Positions 25,556 through 33,882 of a DNA stretch of 37,468 nt are shown piece by piece. The stretch is from positions 1-37,468 of the IMG/VR virus record IMGVR_UViG_3300012232_000030; one strand, given 5' to 3'. Position numbers and translations under genes: made by a program. Under the pieces are notes generated by a model. The model had not been told where the DNA came from. It saw only the letters and a program-made list of their open reading frames with translations, and searched no databases. The DNA comes from a virus (lineage: Duplodnaviria; Caudoviricetes). The first letter of the stretch is position 1; every line of letters starts with the position of its first letter.

Positions 25556-25930
25556 TCAGTCGTCGTCTGGGCCGGTTACCGCGACGTACACGCCGGCCGG
25601 TGGCGGCGACTCCGGGTCGCGTCCCTTCGCCATGGAGTGCAGTTTGCGGTCCCGTGCGGCGCAGGCGTGACACACCAAAGGTGTCGCCGTATATCTGTCG
25701 TCGTTCGCTTTGTCGAAGGTTTCGTCCCGTGGATTCCCACAGCCAGAACACAACGAGTCTTTCCAGTCCTGCCACTCGAGTGCTGCTTCGATGTCCTCGT
25801 CGAGCCAGGCGGGGTCGCCGGCGTTTACGATTCGGCCAAGGAAGACTGATCGGGGGATGCCTCTGGGACAGGCGTAGTCGCGGATCGCCCGTTCACTCGG
25901 TGAATTAGCGAAGCCGCCCCGGATTTTGGG
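25556..25930 (-). CDS. Tail assembly chaperone, frameshift extension (gpGT C-terminal part)
   Basis: The -1 frame after the CCCAAAA slippery site is open through IRGGFANS...WLDEDIEAALEWQDWKDSLCSGCG...CHAC to the stop at 25556. Confidence 0.8.
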   Translation of the reverse strand, partial: PKIRGGFANSPSERAIRDYACPRGIPRSVFLGRIVNAGDPAWLDEDIEAALEWQDWKDSLCSGCGNPRDETFDKANDDRYTATPLVCHACAARDRKLHSMAKGRDPESPPPAGVYVAVTGPDDD

Positions 25931-26433
25931 GTATCGAGACCGCCCGTGTTCGCCTCGACACAGCGGACGAGCAACAGGTTGAACTGGGTGTCGTTCAACA
26001 CCCGTTCCAGGCGGCCGACATCATCCACGGTCATCGGCGGGTCGGCGCAGGATGCGGCGATCGCCGCCAGCGGAAACGTCTCCGGGTTGTGATCGATCCG
26101 ACCCAACGCCTTCTGCTGTTCCTTCGTCGGCGGATGGGCCGCCATCAGATCGGCCCACGCCCGATGACCGATCGACCGGAACTTGAACTCGACTTTGACA
26201 GCCTCAATCTCGGCTTCCAAGTCTAAAAGTTGTTCAGAGATGATGGGGGCCTGCGGGACCTCGTTGTGGATGGCGTCGCTTTGAACGGCGGCAGTCAACT
26301 CGGCTTCGAGCTCGTCGTGACGGGTGAGAAGATCCTGTCGCAGAAGGATGCGGGCCGTCGTCGTCCGAACATAGGCCGGGTCCTCGGCCTGCGACAGGAT
26401 CTCTTCGATTGTTTTGGCGGTTGAATCCGACAT
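25825..26433 (-). CDS. Tail assembly chaperone (gpG-like)
   Basis: MSDSTAK...FKFRSIGHRAWADLMAAHPP...; lies between the major tail and tape measure genes. Confidence 0.85.
   Translation of the reverse strand: MSDSTAKTIEEILSQAEDPAYVRTTTARILLRQDLLTRHDELEAELTAAVQSDAIHNEVPQAPIISEQLLDLEAEIEAVKVEFKFRSIGHRAWADLMAAHPPTKEQQKALGRIDHNPETFPLAAIAASCADPPMTVDDVGRLERVLNDTQFNLLLVRCVEANTGGLDTPKSGAASLIHRVNGRSATTPVPEASPDQSSLAES
25924..25930 (-). promoter_or_regulatory. -1 programmed ribosomal frameshift site C CCA AAA
   Basis: XXXYYYZ heptamer in the correct codon phase (T-P-K) near the end of the chaperone gene. Confidence 0.8.
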
Positions 26434-26438
26434 CGGGT

Positions 26439-26918
26439 TTACGTGTGCGCCACCGCGGACAGGTACGGCGTCGACGTGACCGCCAACTTTTCGGTGAACC
26501 GGACGTTCGTGTTCGCCGCCGAGTTCTCCGGCGCCGGAGTGTGCATCATCGCCGGCCACACCTCCACCTTCGAACCCTGCGTCGGCATGACACCGGCGAC
26601 CCTGATCGGGTCGATGACGACGTACCCGGTGGACCCGTAGTTGTTGAACAGGTTCCATGCGGTGTCGACGGCGGCGTCACGGAACAGGGTGAGCTCCAGT
26701 TCGCCGCCCCACGAACCGACCACTTGGGCGTCGAAGATTTCGGCGATCGTCGCCGAATCCACGTTGTTCGTGTTGACGTTGCGGGCGAGCCCGTCCTTCG
26801 AAATGAAGTTGGTGATGTTCACACCGGCGGTGATCTCCGACACGGCAGGTGTCGAAGCGGTGGCGATCGCGGTGCACCACCAGACTTGGGTGTGGGCTTC
26901 GTATACGTATCGGGCCAT
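26439..26918 (-). CDS. Major tail (tube) protein
   Basis: PAVSEITAGVNITNFISKDGL...GSKVEVWP actinophage tail-tube pattern; strong GAAGGAGG RBS; precedes the chaperone. Confidence 0.85.
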   Translation of the reverse strand: MARYVYEAHTQVWWCTAIATASTPAVSEITAGVNITNFISKDGLARNVNTNNVDSATIAEIFDAQVVGSWGGELELTLFRDAAVDTAWNLFNNYGSTGYVVIDPIRVAGVMPTQGSKVEVWPAMMHTPAPENSAANTNVRFTEKLAVTSTPYLSAVAHT

Positions 26919-26947
26919 TGGTCCGTCCTCCTTCGAGGGGGTGGGGG

Positions 26948-26967
26948 CGTCCCCCCATATGGGGACG
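26948..26967. other. Intergenic hairpin upstream of the major tail gene
   Basis: CGTCCCC-CCATAT-GGGGACG. Confidence 0.5.
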
Positions 26968-26989
26968 TTCGGTTTGGCGGTCGGTCAAT

Positions 26990-27526
26990 TTAGGGGCGAT
27001 GGATGATTCCGAGACCCCAACAGTTTTCACGGTTCGACCAGGTGCAGCCATCCTCGGCGCACCATGCTTCGATCGCAGCTTTGACTGGGTAGGACGGCTC
27101 GAGCGGCGCCCCGTCGGGGTGTTCCAACTCGGTGTCATGGAGCAGGATGGTCGTCGAGCGGGGCCCGTACAGCCGTAACTCGGCGAGTGTTTGATCCCTG
27201 TGATGCGATGTGTCGATGAACAGGACGTCGATCACGTCAGGGATCTGGCCGGCAACCGTCAGATCGTCGCCAATGACCAGCGTCGAATGTTTCGACCGGT
27301 AGAACTCGAGCGGCCACTGCGGGATCGCAACGTCGACGCTGTAAAGGTGTCCGCCCGTTCGTTCGACGGCAGCCAGGAGTGCGGCCGTCGAGTTGCCGGA
27401 ACGGACCCCGAGCTCAACCACTACTTGAGCGTGAGAGTCGACAACGGTGAGATATAGGTATTCGAGGTGTTCGACGATGTCCGACGGGGTCGCACAGCGG
27501 TCTAGGTAGATGTCTGTGACGGACAT
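26990..27526 (-). CDS. Class I SAM-dependent methyltransferase (Methyltransf_24-like)
   Basis: VVVELGVRSGNST, LYSVD, DVLFIDTSH, ILLHD; TGATG coupling. Confidence 0.85.
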   Translation of the reverse strand: MSVTDIYLDRCATPSDIVEHLEYLYLTVVDSHAQVVVELGVRSGNSTAALLAAVERTGGHLYSVDVAIPQWPLEFYRSKHSTLVIGDDLTVAGQIPDVIDVLFIDTSHHRDQTLAELRLYGPRSTTILLHDTELEHPDGAPLEPSYPVKAAIEAWCAEDGCTWSNRENCWGLGIIHRP

Positions 27527-28176
27527 CAGCACGTCCCGTCGGCGTGCGGCACCAAACGGAGCCACGGGTTGGACCGCAACCCCCACGGCAATGCCTTGGG
27601 ACGTATCTGTGTGGCCCGTAGAGCGACGGGAAGACTGATCTGGTCCTGATACCCCCAACACTCCATTTCTGTCCACCACAGGTCCGCCAGATCGTCGACC
27701 GCGTCGCGGTACACGATGAGGCCGGCAGCCCACAGGCCCCAGCGCATCGGGTGGCCGGCGGCACGATACTCGGCGGCCTGTTTCAACACTGGCGTGTCCG
27801 CATACTTCGGCAACGTCGCCGACAGTTCCGCTTCCGGGTAGATGCAGGCCCGGTCCGGATGTTCCCACATGGCGAGCAGATGCCCATCGGCGGCAGCCGT
27901 CACTTCTTCAACGAACGTGGGCGACACGATTTGGAATGAGGCGTCAATCCAAATCCACGGGCCGACAAGGGTACTGAAGTTCCACGGTCGCAGCTTCGGA
28001 CCTTTCGCAGCCATCCGAGGGTCACTAGGCGGCACCAACATCCCTCTGAGATCCCAACCAGGAGCATCAAGTGCGGCATCGTCGGTGACCATCGTGAACG
28101 TGCAATCCACCGACTGCGCCGGCACCGGCTTCGGCCGGTCGTAAGCCCCGAAGATCGCCGAGACGACGGCGGTCAT
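27526..28176 (-). CDS. Glycosyltransferase-like protein (DUF616-like GT-A fold)
   Basis: VVSAIFGAYD, WIWIDASF, HPDRACIYPE, QDQISLP motifs. Confidence 0.75.
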   Translation of the reverse strand: MTAVVSAIFGAYDRPKPVPAQSVDCTFTMVTDDAALDAPGWDLRGMLVPPSDPRMAAKGPKLRPWNFSTLVGPWIWIDASFQIVSPTFVEEVTAAADGHLLAMWEHPDRACIYPEAELSATLPKYADTPVLKQAAEYRAAGHPMRWGLWAAGLIVYRDAVDDLADLWWTEMECWGYQDQISLPVALRATQIRPKALPWGLRSNPWLRLVPHADGTC

Positions 28177-28712
28177 GGCCGATCGATCGTGAACACGGTT
28201 TCCCGCCCGTAAAACGTCGCCGGGGACTCCACCCTGACCTCGTCCACGTCGAACCCGACGAAATGATTGATCAACAAGTCATGGTTGAGGGCGAGGGTCG
28301 GCACCCCGTACGCGTCCTCGAAACGCAGTTCCTCATGCGGCGTCTGTTCTGTCCACGGCGTGAACGTCACCAACACCATCCGCCTGGTGAACGAGACGAG
28401 CGCGTTGTCGAGGAGCAGCTGCCAGTCGTAGTTGTGCTCGAGGACGTGCCGCATGAAAATGCCGTCCACGGTCGTGTCACGGGTGACGAGGTCGTCGACG
28501 ACGTCAGCGAACTTGGAGGCGGACCCGTCGACACCGACGTAACGCGCAGAACGGTTGAAGCGGCGGAACCAGCCGAGACCGCAACCCCAATCCTCCACCG
28601 TGTCACAGCCGGCGAGAAACGCGGCGCCGAGCTCATACGACGGGGACGGCCCATACGGCTGCGGTTCGACGACATCTGCGTAGTGGGAGTCCCATTTGCC
28701 GACGTTGCTCAC
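28173..28712 (-). CDS. Class I SAM-dependent methyltransferase
   Basis: VEDWGCGLG motif I, YVGVDGS, DGIFMRHVLEH. Confidence 0.85.
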   Translation of the reverse strand: MSNVGKWDSHYADVVEPQPYGPSPSYELGAAFLAGCDTVEDWGCGLGWFRRFNRSARYVGVDGSASKFADVVDDLVTRDTTVDGIFMRHVLEHNYDWQLLLDNALVSFTRRMVLVTFTPWTEQTPHEELRFEDAYGVPTLALNHDLLINHFVGFDVDEVRVESPATFYGRETVFTIDRP

Positions 28713-30082
28713 GCCACAGCCCCGTATTCGGCGGCTCGGGCTTCGAACGCGGCCCTGTCGGCCTCCATCGTCTCCCGCCCTTTGCGGTAGATGTCGTCGT
28801 CGTCAGCCTTGTTCCAATAAGGGTGCAGGTGTTCGACGAGGGAACCCAACGCCATCTGCCAGACGCCACGCTGCTGGGCCGCGGCGACGATCTCGTCGTC
28901 AACGAACTGGTGGCCGTATTCGTGGCAGACAGTCCCCGGCCCGTCCCATGACGCGCCCACCTGATCGACGTAGCTGCGGCGGATCAACAGGTGGGTGGCG
29001 TGGTCGCCGGCGATGACACGCGGGCTCCCAAGATCGTTGGTGCCGATCACGTCCGCCTTGTAGTAGTCGGCGACAAACTCGGCGTGGTCCAGCCAGCCGG
29101 GTTGAAAGATGACGTCGTCACCGACCATGAACACGTACGGGGCCGGCGAGCGCTTCCCCGAGTACTTGTAGCCGTAGTTCATTTTCTGGGCGAACGTCCC
29201 GGCATGCTCGACAACTTTGCCGCCGTACTTGATGACCTCGTCGATCTCCTCGATGTCGCCAGGCTCCACCACGAACCAGGCAGTAGCCAGCCCGGTCGAC
29301 GCCGTCAACGTCTCCATGAACGGTTTCACGTTTTGCGGTCTGTGCAGCACTGGCACGATGACGTCGACTCGTTCCGTCGCCGGGAGGACGGCGGCGATCG
29401 CCCAAAAGTCGGGTTCGGCCATCCAAATCGGTTTCAGATGGGTGGTCCGGACCCCGGTGTGGATGTGGCAGCCGCTGGGCCCGTGCAGGTCCATCCACCG
29501 TTTGAAGAACGACAGATCCTCCGACAACAGTGACCCGTCCGGGTCTTGGATGCGGTCGAACCAGACGGGGCCGTACTCGTTGAGCATTCGGGCACCGACC
29601 GACTTGTGGATCAGCAGGAACGCGGCGCCGGTCCCTTCGCACGGCATGACAGCGTTCACCGGGTAATGGGTGCGGAACGCGAACCGTTTCTTGCCGTCCG
29701 GGAACGGCTTGTACTCGAAGATCGTCGGCCGCGGCTCCCACCGATAACCGTTACGACCGTCCCGCATCAGATCGCGTTGCGCGAAGCAGAGTCCGCCGAC
29801 GATCGGCCGTTCGGTCGGGTCGGCCACGCTGTGCAACGTGCCGAGGCTGGTGGGGGTGAACCCCATGTCGGTGTCAACGAAGAACAGCCAGTCGAATTCG
29901 CCTTCGAGGAAGTAGCGCATCGCCTGGTTGCGGCCCAACGGGACGTCGCCGGCGTTGCAGCGGATGTTGGTGATCTCACCGACGTGCACGCCGTCATCCG
30001 TCGCCAACAGTTCGGTGAGTGATTGCAGGAAGCTGGTTGAGACGTCGTCTTTGTGGAGGTATGCGAGCAGGGTGTCACCCAT
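28709..30082 (-). CDS. Two-domain GT2-like glycosyltransferase
   Basis: Domain 1: GRNQ...WLFFVDTDMGF...GAAFLLI...SEDLSF; domain 2: DVIVPVLHRP...FMVGDDV...FVDDE. Confidence 0.85.
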   Translation of the reverse strand: MGDTLLAYLHKDDVSTSFLQSLTELLATDDGVHVGEITNIRCNAGDVPLGRNQAMRYFLEGEFDWLFFVDTDMGFTPTSLGTLHSVADPTERPIVGGLCFAQRDLMRDGRNGYRWEPRPTIFEYKPFPDGKKRFAFRTHYPVNAVMPCEGTGAAFLLIHKSVGARMLNEYGPVWFDRIQDPDGSLLSEDLSFFKRWMDLHGPSGCHIHTGVRTTHLKPIWMAEPDFWAIAAVLPATERVDVIVPVLHRPQNVKPFMETLTASTGLATAWFVVEPGDIEEIDEVIKYGGKVVEHAGTFAQKMNYGYKYSGKRSPAPYVFMVGDDVIFQPGWLDHAEFVADYYKADVIGTNDLGSPRVIAGDHATHLLIRRSYVDQVGASWDGPGTVCHEYGHQFVDDEIVAAAQQRGVWQMALGSLVEHLHPYWNKADDDDIYRKGRETMEADRAAFEARAAEYGAVA

Positions 30083-30087
30083 CGGGG

Positions 30088-30151
30088 TTGGCGGTTCCTT
30101 TCACGGTTGGCGGTGTTTGGCGGTTGAACTCTCCGCGCCGCCGACCGCCAA
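30088..30151. repeat. Three direct and one inverted copy of TTGGCGGT in the leader of the glycosyltransferase cassette
   Basis: TTGGCGGT at 30088-30095, 30107-30114 and 30117-30124; ACCGCCAA at 30144-30151. Confidence 0.85.
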
Positions 30152-30171
30152 GGCAACGACGCGGAGAGGAC

Positions 30172-30609
30172 TCAAGACGGAACGGTGAGCACCCGTACTC
30201 GGTCAGACACGTAAAACACGGACGGCTGCACGCTGTCATCGCGGATCGTGCCACCCAACATGTCCAAACTGACATGGGCGACCGTCCGACCATTCGCCAC
30301 CGTCAACGGCGTTGCTAGCAGGACAGCCCGCACAGCGTCACCGACCGCCTCCGCCTGAGCCCGGACCGCACCCACCGAAATGATCTGGTAGTCAGCGAAC
30401 GCATCCGTGTTCGGATCCCCGATCGGACCGTCAGTCAGTCCGCCCGGTGTCGGATGCACATCCACATACGGGACATAGGTCGATGCGCCCTGAGCGCCCT
30501 GCCAGCCGGCCGAGTCAGGAGCTTCACCGTCGCCGACGACGAACCCGGCCGACGTCAACACATTCAAAATGGCTGCCGTCAGGTCGGCGCCACGAAACAC
30601 GACACTCAC
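30172..30609 (-). CDS. Tail terminator protein
   Basis: VGDGEAP...PYVDV...YQIISVGAVRAQAEAVGDAVR pattern; last gene of the neck cluster. Confidence 0.8.
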   Translation of the reverse strand: MSVVFRGADLTAAILNVLTSAGFVVGDGEAPDSAGWQGAQGASTYVPYVDVHPTPGGLTDGPIGDPNTDAFADYQIISVGAVRAQAEAVGDAVRAVLLATPLTVANGRTVAHVSLDMLGGTIRDDSVQPSVFYVSDRVRVLTVPS

Positions 30610-30962
30610 AGCACCACCTCCGCCGCAACGATTTCGAGGCGGGCGAGGAGGCGGCGTTCACCGGCGTCAGCGGCCGGCAGCAGGGCGGGTTGGGGTGCGG
30701 TGTCGGATGTGCCGAACTCGTTGTAAAACGCCTGGCGGGTGTCGTTGCTGATCAGTTTGCCGTCGGCGGCGTCCTCAACGTAGTAGCCGGCAGCCTGCGC
30801 CCCGGTCAGCACAGGGGCCCGGACGGAGGCGTCCGCACGGATCGCTTCAGCTTCGACGGCGATCGCTTTGTCGGCGGCGATCACGGTTGCGGGCCCGGCA
30901 CGGGTCAACGCGACAGCCAACATTTCCACCTGGGACATGTCGAGGTCGATGCCGTCGGCCAT
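30606..30962 (-). CDS. HK97 gp10-like tail completion protein
   Basis: APVLTG...FYNEFGTSDTAPQPALLPA motif. Confidence 0.85.
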   Translation of the reverse strand: MADGIDLDMSQVEMLAVALTRAGPATVIAADKAIAVEAEAIRADASVRAPVLTGAQAAGYYVEDAADGKLISNDTRQAFYNEFGTSDTAPQPALLPAADAGERRLLARLEIVAAEVVL

Positions 30963-31357
30963 CACTCGGTGATTTCTTGAAGGATGGCGATGCGGGAGAT
31001 CTGCCAGCCGTCGCGAAAGGCGTCGGTGACTTTGAATCCGACACCGACGAGCGAGGCGTCGTAGGTGGATGCGGAGGCGACGACGACGTCGTCCATTTCG
31101 ATGTCGGTGTCCGCCGGGAACTTGGCTCGCATGCCACGCAACCGGACCACCTGATCGGCCGACTCGGTTGTCGTACCCTCCCATATGAACGCCCGCATCA
31201 GACACGGCCCCGAATAAAGGATCGTGGCAACAGTCGGCACCCACACGTTGCCGACACCGAGCGACCCGCCGGTCGTCGGCCGATAGACGGTGGCCTCGTC
31301 GCGGAACAGGTCGGCTTGGCGGCGACGGAACCGGGCGATCGCAGTCTCGAGGGACAT
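30962..31357 (-). CDS. Head-to-tail stopper/adaptor (DUF6093-like)
   Basis: FRDEATVYRP...ILYSGPCL...DDVVV pattern; synteny. Confidence 0.75.
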   Translation of the reverse strand: MSLETAIARFRRRQADLFRDEATVYRPTTGGSLGVGNVWVPTVATILYSGPCLMRAFIWEGTTTESADQVVRLRGMRAKFPADTDIEMDDVVVASASTYDASLVGVGFKVTDAFRDGWQISRIAILQEITE

Positions 31358-31947
31358 CAGGCGACACCGAACCGTTTCCGAATGTACGGGCAGGCCCGCT
31401 CCAACTCGGGCGGATACTGCTCGCCGGCCGTCGGGAAATGATAGTTGACGGAGTAGCCGTCGATCGCCTCCGACCGCACCGGATACTCGCCAGACGTCCG
31501 CACCATCGCCGTCGCCACATCCAACGTCGCCTGTTTGATGCCGGCCGGCACCGCAGCCCAACCCCACTGTGCCGTCACCGTCGTCGTCAACGTGTTCGAC
31601 CACGACCGGTTCACACCGTACAAGGTGAAGAACGGCCAGCCGGTCTGGCCGTCGACGATGCCGTCCCACGGGTATTCGTCGTAGTCGGCGGCGTCCCAAA
31701 CGGTGACACCGACATTCACGATCAGGCCGGTGACGGTGTGGAAGTCGTCGACGGGGAGTCGCCGCCAATCCAACGGACGAAACCTGCGGGCAGTCGCAGA
31801 CGTCGTCTTGTTGAACTGGCGGTGACAGAACGACTCCACACCCCGCGACGCCGCCGACAGGACGGTGGCGAACGTGCCGTCGTCGTCGGTGCCGAGTCGG
31901 GCCTCGAGCTCGGCTTCGCTTGCGTAGCTGTCGCCGAGCGCGCCCAC
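31357..31947 (-). CDS. Head-tail connector (gp6/gp15-like)
   Basis: YASEAEL...AASRGVESFCHRQF...VTAQWGWAAVPAGIKQA...SEAIDGYSVNY. Confidence 0.85.
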   Translation of the reverse strand: MGALGDSYASEAELEARLGTDDDGTFATVLSAASRGVESFCHRQFNKTTSATARRFRPLDWRRLPVDDFHTVTGLIVNVGVTVWDAADYDEYPWDGIVDGQTGWPFFTLYGVNRSWSNTLTTTVTAQWGWAAVPAGIKQATLDVATAMVRTSGEYPVRSEAIDGYSVNYHFPTAGEQYPPELERACPYIRKRFGVA

Positions 31948-31950
31948 CGG

Positions 31951-32250
31951 CTACTTCGTTCGCAGAATGACGGCGCCACCGTCGGTGACCGTCGCACCCA
32001 CAGCAGGCTCTACCGGCACACCAGATGACGACGTCCCCGCGACAGACACGATGTACTTGTTGCCGTTCGCAAACGCGATTTCGGTGGACGTCGTGTACGC
32101 CGTCGAGTTGACACGCAACACGCGGCGCAGAGAACGCCCCATGTTGTCGGTCGTCGACGTAGTCGCCAGACCCATGTAATCGGTTGACGTCGTCGTCGGG
32201 GCGACGAGGTTACGGCCGAGGAAATCCTCGCGGTACACGGTGGTAGCCAT
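31951..32250 (-). CDS. Thr/Ser-rich putative capsid decoration protein
   Basis: Follows the capsid gene; DFLGR/DYMGL/DNMGR repeats; ends GATVTDGGAV; GAGGAG RBS. Confidence 0.65.
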   Translation of the reverse strand: MATTVYREDFLGRNLVAPTTTSTDYMGLATTSTTDNMGRSLRRVLRVNSTAYTTSTEIAFANGNKYIVSVAGTSSSGVPVEPAVGATVTDGGAVILRTK

Positions 32251-32450
32251 TAGCTCTCCTCATGACGAGTGTGAGGCGTACGCCGGGAGGCGTTGCCCTT
32301 CGGGGCCTCAGTGGCTTCCGAAGCGTCCGCATCTGGGGTCGCATGGGCGGCGGCGTCGTTGACGGCGATCTGTTCGGCCATCGCCGCCGCGACGACACTG
32401 CGGGTTCGTTCGAGTTCGGCTTCGGTCTGGTCGGACTGGTCGTCAGACAT
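32250..32450 (-). CDS. Hypothetical protein downstream of the capsid gene
   Basis: MSDDQSDQTEAELERTR after GAAGGAG; TAATG coupling. Confidence 0.65.
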   Translation of the reverse strand: MSDDQSDQTEAELERTRSVVAAAMAEQIAVNDAAAHATPDADASEATEAPKGNASRRTPHTRHEES

Positions 32451-32487
32451 TTTGTTGACTCCTTCTAGTGGGTGTCGGGTCGGGCGG

Positions 32488-32529
32488 GGGAGGGGGTCGG
32501 CTGGTGGATTCCCAGCCGGCCCCCTTCCC
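32488..32529. other. Strong hairpin just after the major capsid stop
   Basis: GGGAGGGGGTCGGCTGG-loop-CCAGCCGGCCCCCTTCCC; no U-tract, so an mRNA stabiliser or partial terminator. Confidence 0.6.
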
Positions 32530-32534
32530 AATCA

Positions 32535-33782
32535 TCAGGTGGCGGTCAGTTCGATGACACCGTTCGAGGTGACACCGCCAGCCGGGATCAGCACCGGCGT
32601 GAAGTAGCCGGCGTACGCGACCTGGATACCGAGCACCGACGGCTCGATCGCCTGAAGTGAACCGACCCGCTGCTCGAACACGTCGACGGCGGCAGTGTGG
32701 AACAGGAACGCCTTACCGGACGCGAGCCCCGGCGACATCATGAGTTCAACACCGGCGACGTTGCCCTGGGAGCCGGAACCGAAGTTGCCGGCGAGTAGAC
32801 CGGCAGACTGGCCGTTCTGCACGTTGTACGGCGGGAACAGCGGACCGAACACGGCGAGCCGGTCAGCGGCCACCGCCAGAATCATCCGTCCGGGGGCACC
32901 CTTCACAGCGCCGTAGATCGTCGCCGCTGCCGACCAGAGCGCGCCGGTCACCGTCGCCGCGGTAGCGGACCCACTGTAGCCGACGTTCGTCGCCGCGGAA
33001 GCGTCCAGCGCGGTGCCGGTCGCGGTCTCCGTCTGCAACGCGTAGGCGTTCGCCAACCCTTCGATGATGATGTCCATGATCTGCGGCGACGAGAAGTCGA
33101 TGTCCTGGCGTGACACGTTGACGTACCCGCCGTAGGTGACGGCGGTTCCGGTGAGCTTCGTGATCGTCATCTTCTGCGACACAAGCTCCGACTTTTCGTC
33201 GGCTGCCGCACCGGCCGTACCCTGGAGACCGACCGTCGGCTGCTGAGTGATCAACGGCCGATACCAGTTCTGCGACGGCATCTCACGGGGACCGATCGCG
33301 CTCACCATCGGACGGGCAGCGTCGATGAAGTTGATGACGTCACCGATCTGCGGGATCGGGATGATGCCAGTGTTGTCCGACGTCTTCTGGTGGGCGGCGG
33401 CACGGCCGTACACCTCGAGCCGTTCCTGAGCGCCCCGGTTCCCGAGATGCGCCGACCACTGGTCACAGATGTAGGCGCCGGCCGAGCGGTACTCGACTTC
33501 GTTGGCGCCGCCGCTGCGGGCGGTACGGATCGCGGTGTCGAGTTGCTGCATGCGGTTCGCCGTTTCGACGGCGATCGCCGCCGTCGAGTCGAGCTCATCC
33601 AGCTGGGAACGGAGTTCGGCCATGCGGTCACGGAGCCCGTGAAGGGTGGTCTTCTCGGCATCGTTGAGGTCACGCTCGTCGTCCTGGGCGGCACGGATGA
33701 TGCCCTGAGCGTGCGTGTTGCGCTCCTCGAGTTCAGTCTGGAGACGCGAAATCATCGCGTCGGATGCGTGGCTCTTAGCCAT
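32535..33782 (-). CDS. Major capsid protein, HK97 fold with N-terminal delta (scaffold) domain
   Basis: Coiled-coil N-terminus (ERDLNDAEK), GIIPIPQIGDVINFIDAARP, TYGGYVNVSRQDIDFS; GGAGG RBS. Confidence 0.92.
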   Translation of the reverse strand: MAKSHASDAMISRLQTELEERNTHAQGIIRAAQDDERDLNDAEKTTLHGLRDRMAELRSQLDELDSTAAIAVETANRMQQLDTAIRTARSGGANEVEYRSAGAYICDQWSAHLGNRGAQERLEVYGRAAAHQKTSDNTGIIPIPQIGDVINFIDAARPMVSAIGPREMPSQNWYRPLITQQPTVGLQGTAGAAADEKSELVSQKMTITKLTGTAVTYGGYVNVSRQDIDFSSPQIMDIIIEGLANAYALQTETATGTALDASAATNVGYSGSATAATVTGALWSAAATIYGAVKGAPGRMILAVAADRLAVFGPLFPPYNVQNGQSAGLLAGNFGSGSQGNVAGVELMMSPGLASGKAFLFHTAAVDVFEQRVGSLQAIEPSVLGIQVAYAGYFTPVLIPAGGVTSNGVIELTAT

Positions 33783-33882
33783 GGGGGTTCCTCCAAGGGA
33801 AAGGGGTTGTTTGGGGAACACGCCCGTACACCGTCCACCCGACGGCATAACCCTCCGCACACCGGAGGGCTGGTTGTGTGTG

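Noticed and set aside
26990-28712. The two cassette methyltransferases as DNA methyltransferases of a restriction-modification system
   Set aside because: They lack DPPY/SPPY/NPPY or PCQ catalytic motifs, are short, and are interleaved with glycosyltransferases
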